Assembly: GCF_004010195.1 (NCBI RefSeq)
Contig: NC_057757.1
Span: 699,759-757,462, forward strand
Direction: 5' to 3'
Source: Chiloscyllium plagiosum
Lineage: Eukaryota
Length of the DNA stretch: 57,704 nt
Shown here: positions 51,183 through 57,704 of the stretch, piece after piece
Position numbering within the stretch: position 1 is the stretch's first letter
How the letters are laid out: each line of letters opens with the position of its first letter
Made by a program: the position numbers and the translations under genes
Notes under the pieces: model-generated
Seen by the model: the letters and a program-made list of their open reading frames with translations, nothing else
The model's database searches: none
Told to the model about the DNA's origin: nothing

Positions 51183-54100
51183 CCTCCCCTTAAGAAAAAA
51201 TGAACCATCATAATGAAAAAATGGCTTCGTTTTTTTCTATTCTTTAAACACATTACCCTAACATACCGATAACTTTAATCTAAGTTCACCTTAACTTCTT
51301 CCAATACAACATTAAATAAATACACATCTCATCCAAACCTTATCAGTTAAATCCAAGATAACATGTATGTGAGTACATTCTTGCAACCCACAACATGAAC
51401 GATTTTTAAATTAAGTCTGCAACATAAGACTCCAACGAAATAGTCTCATATTCTTGTCTTTAAAGCGTTCTAAGAATGTAAGCGGATTGTGACCCGTGTA
51501 CACCACTGACTCCAGCACATTGTTCATGACATACACATTAAAATGTTGTAAAACCAAACTCAACAGCTCTCTTTTGACCGTGGAATATTTCCTCTGGCGG
51601 ATGTTGATCTTCTTCGAAAAGTAACCAACGGGCAGCTCAATCCCATCCTCATCCTCCTGTAGGAGTACAGCTCCAACTCCTGTGTCACTAGCATCGATGG
51701 CGATTTTAAAAGGTTTTGAAAAGTTTGGTGTAGCATATCGATTTCAAATGGTCGAATGCCTCCCGACATGGTTCTGTCCACCGAAACTTTGTTCTTCTTC
51801 AGCAAATCAGTTAACTGTGCCACTACACTGCTGAAGTTTGGAATAAACTTCCGATAGAATCCGCCGAGCCTGAAGAATCGAAGCACCTCTTTCTTCGAGA
51901 TTAGTCGTGGAAATTCCTCAATGGCCTTCGTCTTCGCGTTCCTTGGGGTCAACCTTCCATGTCCGATGTTACGTCCCAAGAATGTCACCTCTGCTTTCAC
52001 GAATTCAGTTTTATTTAAATTTATCACCAGTTTTGCTTTTTGTGGTTGTTCAAAGATCTCTGCCAACTGTACCATGTGATCTTTCCAGGACTTACTAAAG
52101 ATCACTACATTGTCCAAATAGACTGCAGTTTGTTAACCCAGCCACATACTCTGTTCATGAGGCTTTGGAATGCAGCGGGTGCATTCTTCATTCCAAAGGG
52201 CATCACTTTAAACTGATATAAGCCATTCGGGGTTACAAATGCAGAAATTTATTTCGCAGTATCCACGCATTAAGTCCAACTTGGTGATGTAACTGGCGTG
52301 TCCAACTTTTTCAATACAGCTGTCCAATCAAGGAATTGGATAGGAGTCTGATTTTGCAACAGCGTTGACATTCCAATAATCCAATAGAAGCATTGAGTCG
52401 CGTCCGGATTGGGAACTAAGACGATCGGTGAACCCCACTCACTCTGGCATGGTTCGATGATGTTCTCGTTGAGCATGGCCTCCACCTCCATCTGGACCTG
52501 TCTGGCTTTGAGAGGATTAAGCCGATAGGGGTGTTGTTTTATCAGAGCAGTATTGCCTACGTCTGCTTCATGTACAATAGCATTAGTCCTCCCCATCTGA
52601 TTCTGACATATGTCCTTAAACTGCAGTAATAAATCTTTCAACTACATTCTATGCTCCTGAGACAGATAGCTCACGAACCTATCCCACTCCTCAAGGACCT
52701 CTTCAGTTTCTATCTGGCATCTTTACGAGATAGTTCACCCAACTCAACTTTTTCTCAATTTGATAGGGACCACTAAACCTGGCTCCGAATGTGTCCTATC
52801 ACTGATAATAGTACTAACACGTCATCCCCTTAGGAAAATGTCTGAGTCTCAGAGCTTTTAACTGCCACCTGCTTCATTCTTATGCTGTGCCCGCTTTTGA
52901 TGCTGTTTAGCTAACTCACCTACTCGATTTAATCTCTCCCTTATCTCAGATACGTAATCGAAATGTGAGATCTCCGACTTTGGTCCTGTCAGTTTTTCTT
53001 TCATTTCAAAGGGCCTCTCACTTCATGACTGAATATTAACTCAAAGGGAGTGAATTGAGTGGATTACTTTGGGGCATCTCTAATGGCAAGCAATACGAAT
53101 GGGATACCTTTATCCCAATCATTCGGGTAATCCTGACAGTACGCTCTCAACATGATCTTCAAGTCTGATGCCACCTTTCTAAAGCTCCCTGGGATTCAGG
53201 ACGACACACACTGAATTTAAAGTGCTGTGTACCTAAGCTATCCACAACCTCCTTCAGCAAACTAGCAGTAAAATATGACTCTAATTCCAACTGAATCTCT
53301 CTGGGTAGCCCATACCGTGTGAAGAAAGCTACTAACTCCTCTACCACCCTTTTTGCCTTGATACTCCGGAATGGAATTGACTCCGGAAATCTGGCAAACA
53401 CATTTATTATGGTTAACAAGTACTGGTTCCCACTTTTAGTTCTCGGGAGGAGACCTACACAATCAATTATAACCCGCGTGAAAGGTTCTTCAAATGCAGG
53501 AATTGGCAACAAAGGTGCTGGTTTTATTACCACCTGTGGCTTACCTACCGTTTGGTATGTATGATACATACGGCAAAATTAACCACATCCTTGTGCATTC
53601 CAGGCCAACAAAAACGCTTTTGTACCTTAGCCTGAGTCTTTCGTATTGTTCATGTGCTAACCGTAACACCTCCTCTCTGTATGCTACCGGCAACACAACC
53701 TGGTGGACTTCGGCCCATTTCTTCTCTGCACTAGCCTGCCGTGGTCTCCATTTCCATCTTAGGATTTTATCATTCAGATAATAATCCTCTGGAATATTCT
53801 CTGCCTCCTTGTCAGAGTATGCATCCACACATATATCTTTTATTGTCTTGTCCTGCTGTTGCAAGTCTCTTAGCCTTTCAGGATTAAACACTTCTGTCTG
53901 ACCCTCTGTCTGTTCATATTTTTCTGGCACCATTACGTCAAACAGGGTATCCGCTAACTGAAACTCAACTCCTTCATCTTTCTCTTTACTTTTCACCTCA
54001 TGCTGTGTCTTATGATAGTGGGATCTGTTTACCACACAGTCTGGGAAAATACCAGGATATTTCTGTTTTAACTCCTCAATTTCTTGGTCTTCCTTGGGCT

Positions 54101-55695
54101 ACTCAACAACGTGGGGTGTCACTTCCACCTTGGATCCTGCTAAATCATTCCCAAGAACAAACTGTATTCCTGGAACTGACACTCGATCAATCACTCCCAC
54201 TGTTACTTTAGCGTTACTTCCCCAGTCTTGAGTTGGCACTCCAACCTGATCTTACAGAGGGAAATGCTAAAGTTCTGTCCATCTATCCCACAAATGACCA
54301 CACTCTCGGGTAACAGATCAGTAAGAGTGCCTGTTTACTATCAGTGACTGGTTAGATCCTGTATCTCTCAAAATTATAATTTCTTGTCCTTCTCCCCCTG
54401 TTCTTTCTGAGTAAACTTTACCTACAGAGGTGAAGTCTTTGTAGAGATTGGGCACTAACTCCATACCCTGCCTAGGCTGTGCATTCTCCTGCAGCTCCTC
54501 TTGGGGGTCTCCTTTACTACCTTCACTAATGCCACTGGCTTAGCTTTTTTTACCACATCTTTTCCCACAGTGCCTTTTTTAACGACCAGCACTGTGTCTT
54601 TACATGTCCCACCTTCTGGAAATGAGCACACCATTTCCCAGTGCTCTTCTGAAACCACTGGCATTGTAACTTTCTGTGTCCCACTCCATTACAGTGAAAA
54701 CACCTGAGGCCTTTCACCTCCTTTCCGCCCTCTTGGACTTCTTTCACATGTGGTAAATTCTCCCAGCTTCTTTCCCTCATAGGGTGAAATTCTGGCTGGA
54801 AGCTTGTCTGATGCACCAATATGTATTCACCTGCTCATCCCACTGCCCTTCTCACTTCCTGAACTTTCTGTTCCTCCATGTGAATTCTTATCATCTTTGG
54901 AAGTGAGCTTTTAAACGTCTCCAGCAGAATCTCTTCGAGTCTCAAAGGTCCTACCTATTTTTAAAGCACGCACCCAGCGATCAAAATGACTATGTTTAAT
55001 TCTTTCAAGCTCAACATAAGTCTGACCTGGTTCCTTCTTTGCGTTTCTGAACCGCTGTCTGTATGCTTCCAGTATCAATTCATAAGCACTTAAAACAGGC
55101 TGCTTAACCTCTTCATAATCTCATGACCCCTCATCTGAGAGCGTGGCAAATACCTCACTAACTCTGCTGACCAGTTTAGTCTGAACTAGTATTACCCACA
55201 AGACCTCGGACCACTCGAACTGCCTAGCCAATTTTTCAAATGCAATAAAGAAGGCCTCAACATCTCTCTCATCAAAATGTGGCAGAGTTTTGACATATTT
55301 GTATATATCACTACCTTCTCTTTTAATCTCCATCCTATTAACGACTTCGCTGACAAAGTCACAACTTCTCAAGTTCAAATTCTCTTTTTGTCACTCCCTA
55401 TCTTTCCTCTCGCTCTCTGATTACCTTCTAACTCCACTTTCCTCAATTGTAATTGAAGTTTGTCTACCTCGACTGCATTTGTCTGTTTCTCTGACACACT
55501 TAAGTGTTTGAGTAACTCTCTGACAATTACAGCTTTAGTTTTTTGTCCTTGGTTAAACCCAAATCTGACTTTTTGCTAATTCTAAAAGTATAGCCTTTTT
55601 CTTTCCTTCTAAACTTTCTCAGCAAATTTGAGAATCATCTTCAAATACCAGAATGTCTTTGTCAATTTTAAAAGCCATTTCTCTCACTTTTAATG
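51183..55695 (-). mobile_element. Gmr1-like Ty3/gypsy LTR retrotransposon internal region (gag-PR-IN-RT-RH), degenerate
   Basis: Putative gag ATG at 55678; LPHFDERDVEAFFIAFEKLA; zinc knuckle CFHCNGVGHRKLQC; protease ILRDTGS (~54350-54375); integrase LRLAHE..PFTRVIIDCVG..ESQGALERWHQT (53159-53700); RT QHPYR..SPIVLV..YLDN (52109-52120); RNase H IDASDTGVGAVL (~51665-51700). Confidence 0.9.
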
Positions 55696-57704
55696 TAGAG
55701 TCATAGAGATGTACAGCATGGAAACAGACACTTCATTCCAACCCGTCCATGCCGACCAGATATCCCAACCCAATCTAGTCCCACCTGCCAGCACCCAGCC
55801 CATATCCCTCCAAACCCTTCCTATTCATATACCCATCCAAATGCCTCTTAAATATTGCAATTGTACCAGCCTCCACCACTTCCTCTGGCAGCTCATTCCA
55901 TACACGTACCACCCTCTGCGTGAAAATGTTGCCCCTTAGGTCTCTTTTATATCTTTCCCCTCTCACCCTAAACCTATGCCCTCTAGTTCTGGACTCCCTG
56001 ACCTCAGGGAAAAGACTTGGCCTATTTATCCTATCCATGTCCCTCATAATTTTGTAAACCTCTAGATGGTCACCCCTCAGCCTCCGATGCTCCAGGGAAA
56101 ACAGCCCCAGCCTGTTCAGCCTCTCCCTATAGCTCAAATCCTCCAAACCTGGCAACATNNNNNNNNNNNNNNNNNNNNNNNNNNNNNNNNNNNNNNNNNN
56201 NNNNNNNNNNNNNNNNNNNNNNNNNNNNNNNNNNNNNNNNNNNNNNNNNNNNNNNNNNNNNNNNNNNNNNNNNNNNNNNNNNNNNNNNNNNNNNNNNNNN
56301 NNNNNNNNNNNNNNNNNNNNNNNNNNNNNNNNNNNNNNNNNNNNNNNNNNNNNNNNNNNNNNNNNNNNNNNNNNNNNNNNNNNNNNNNNNNNNNNNNNNN
56401 NNNNNNNNNNNNNNNNNNNNNNNNNNNNNNNNNNNNNNNNNNNNNNNNNNNNNNNNNNNNNNNNNNNNNNNNNNNNNNNNNNTCTGAAAAACAACCCTCC
56501 ACCACCACCCTCTGTCTTCTACCTTTGAGCCAGTTCTGTATCCAAATGGCTAGTTCTCCCTGTATTCCATGAGATCTAACCTTGCTAACCTGTCTCCCAT
56601 GGGGAACCTTGTCGAACGCCTTACTGAAGTCCATATAGATCACATCCACCGTTCTGCCCTCATCAATCTTCTTTGTTACTTCTTCAAAAAACACAATCAA
56701 GTTTGTGAGACATGGTTTCCCACACACAAAGCCATGTTGACTATCCCGAATCAGTCCTTGCCTTTCCAAACACATGTATATCCTGTCCCTCAGGATTCCC
56801 TCCAACAACTTGCCCACCGCCAAGGTCAGGCTCACTGGTCTACATTTCCCTGGTTTGTCTTTACCACCCTTCTTAAACAGTGGCACCACGTTTGCCAACC
56901 TCCAGTCTTCCGTCATCTCACCTGTGACTATCGATGATACAAATATCTCAGCAAGAGACCCAGCAATCACTTCTCTAGCTTCCCACAGAGTTCTTGGGTA
57001 CACCTGATCAGGTCCTGGGGATGTATCCACCTTTACCCGTCTCAAGACATCCAGCACTTCCTCCTCTGTAATCTGGACATTTTGCAAGATGTCACCATCT
57101 ATTTCCCTACAGTCTATATCTTCCATATCCTTTTCCCACAGTAAATACTGATGCACAATATTCATTTAGTATCTCCCCCATTTTCTGTGGCTCCACACAA
57201 AGGCCGCCTTGATCTTTGAGGGGCCCTATTCTCTCCCTAGTTACCCTTTTGTCCTTAATATATTTGTAAAACCCCTTTGGATTCTCCTTAATTCTATTTG
57301 CCAGAGCCATCTCATGTCCCCGTTTTGCCCTCCTGATTTCCCTCTTAAGTATACTCCTACTTCCTTTATACTCTTCTAAGGATTCACTCAATCTAATCTG
57401 TCTGTACCTGACATATGCTTCCTTCTTCTTCTTAACCAAACCTTCAATTTCTTTAGTCATCCAGCTTTCCCTATACCTACCAGCCTTCCCTTTCACCCTG
57501 GCAGGAATATACATTCTTTGGATTCTTGTTATCTCATTTCTGAAGGGTTCCCATTTTCCAGCCGTCCCTTTACCTGCAAACATCTGCCTCCAATCAGCTT
57601 TTGAAAGTTCTTGCCTAATACCGTCAAAATTGGCCTTTCTCCAATTTAGAACTTCAACTTTTAGATCTGGTCTATCTTTTTCCATCATTATTTTAAAACG
57701 AATA
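55696..57704 (-). mobile_element. Young CR1 (HER1-type) LINE, ORF2 RT region to 3' tail; continues beyond the window
   Basis: SPGPDQVYPR, WRLANVVPLFKKG, RPVSLT, QHGF, YMDFSKAFDKVPH and the C-terminal RTRGH..RVWNELP are present. There is one frameshift near 57110-57165, and gap 56159-56482 lies inside it. Confidence 0.95.

Overview
This is vertebrate genomic DNA, most likely from a shark or ray (inferred from HE1/V-SINE-type SINEs with CR1-type partner LINEs), and it contains five assembly gaps. One host gene is supported: the 5' end of a fragile-X family gene on the minus strand, best matching FXR2. Coding exon 1 is at 35101-35151 and exon 2 at 3062-3114, separated by a ~32 kb intron; the gene continues off the left edge. 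A CpG-island promoter with ten CCAAT boxes lies upstream. Most of the rest is decayed retroelements: many CR1 LINE fragments, an L1-clade LINE, a Tx1-like 3' fragment, two SINE families, Penelope-like elements (PLEs), and a Gmr1-type Ty3/gypsy LTR element with integrase placed before RT. There are also two ~1-1.4 kb minisatellites, one expanded from inside a SINE. The most notable signals are a set of PLE-borne minimal hammerhead ribozymes (one with an intact core at 39988-40027), a twin-priming-like inverted PLE, and two independent micro-rearrangements at the same HE1 tail hairpin. I cannot support a wholly new biological system here; the unusual items are mostly instances of known but under-annotated classes.
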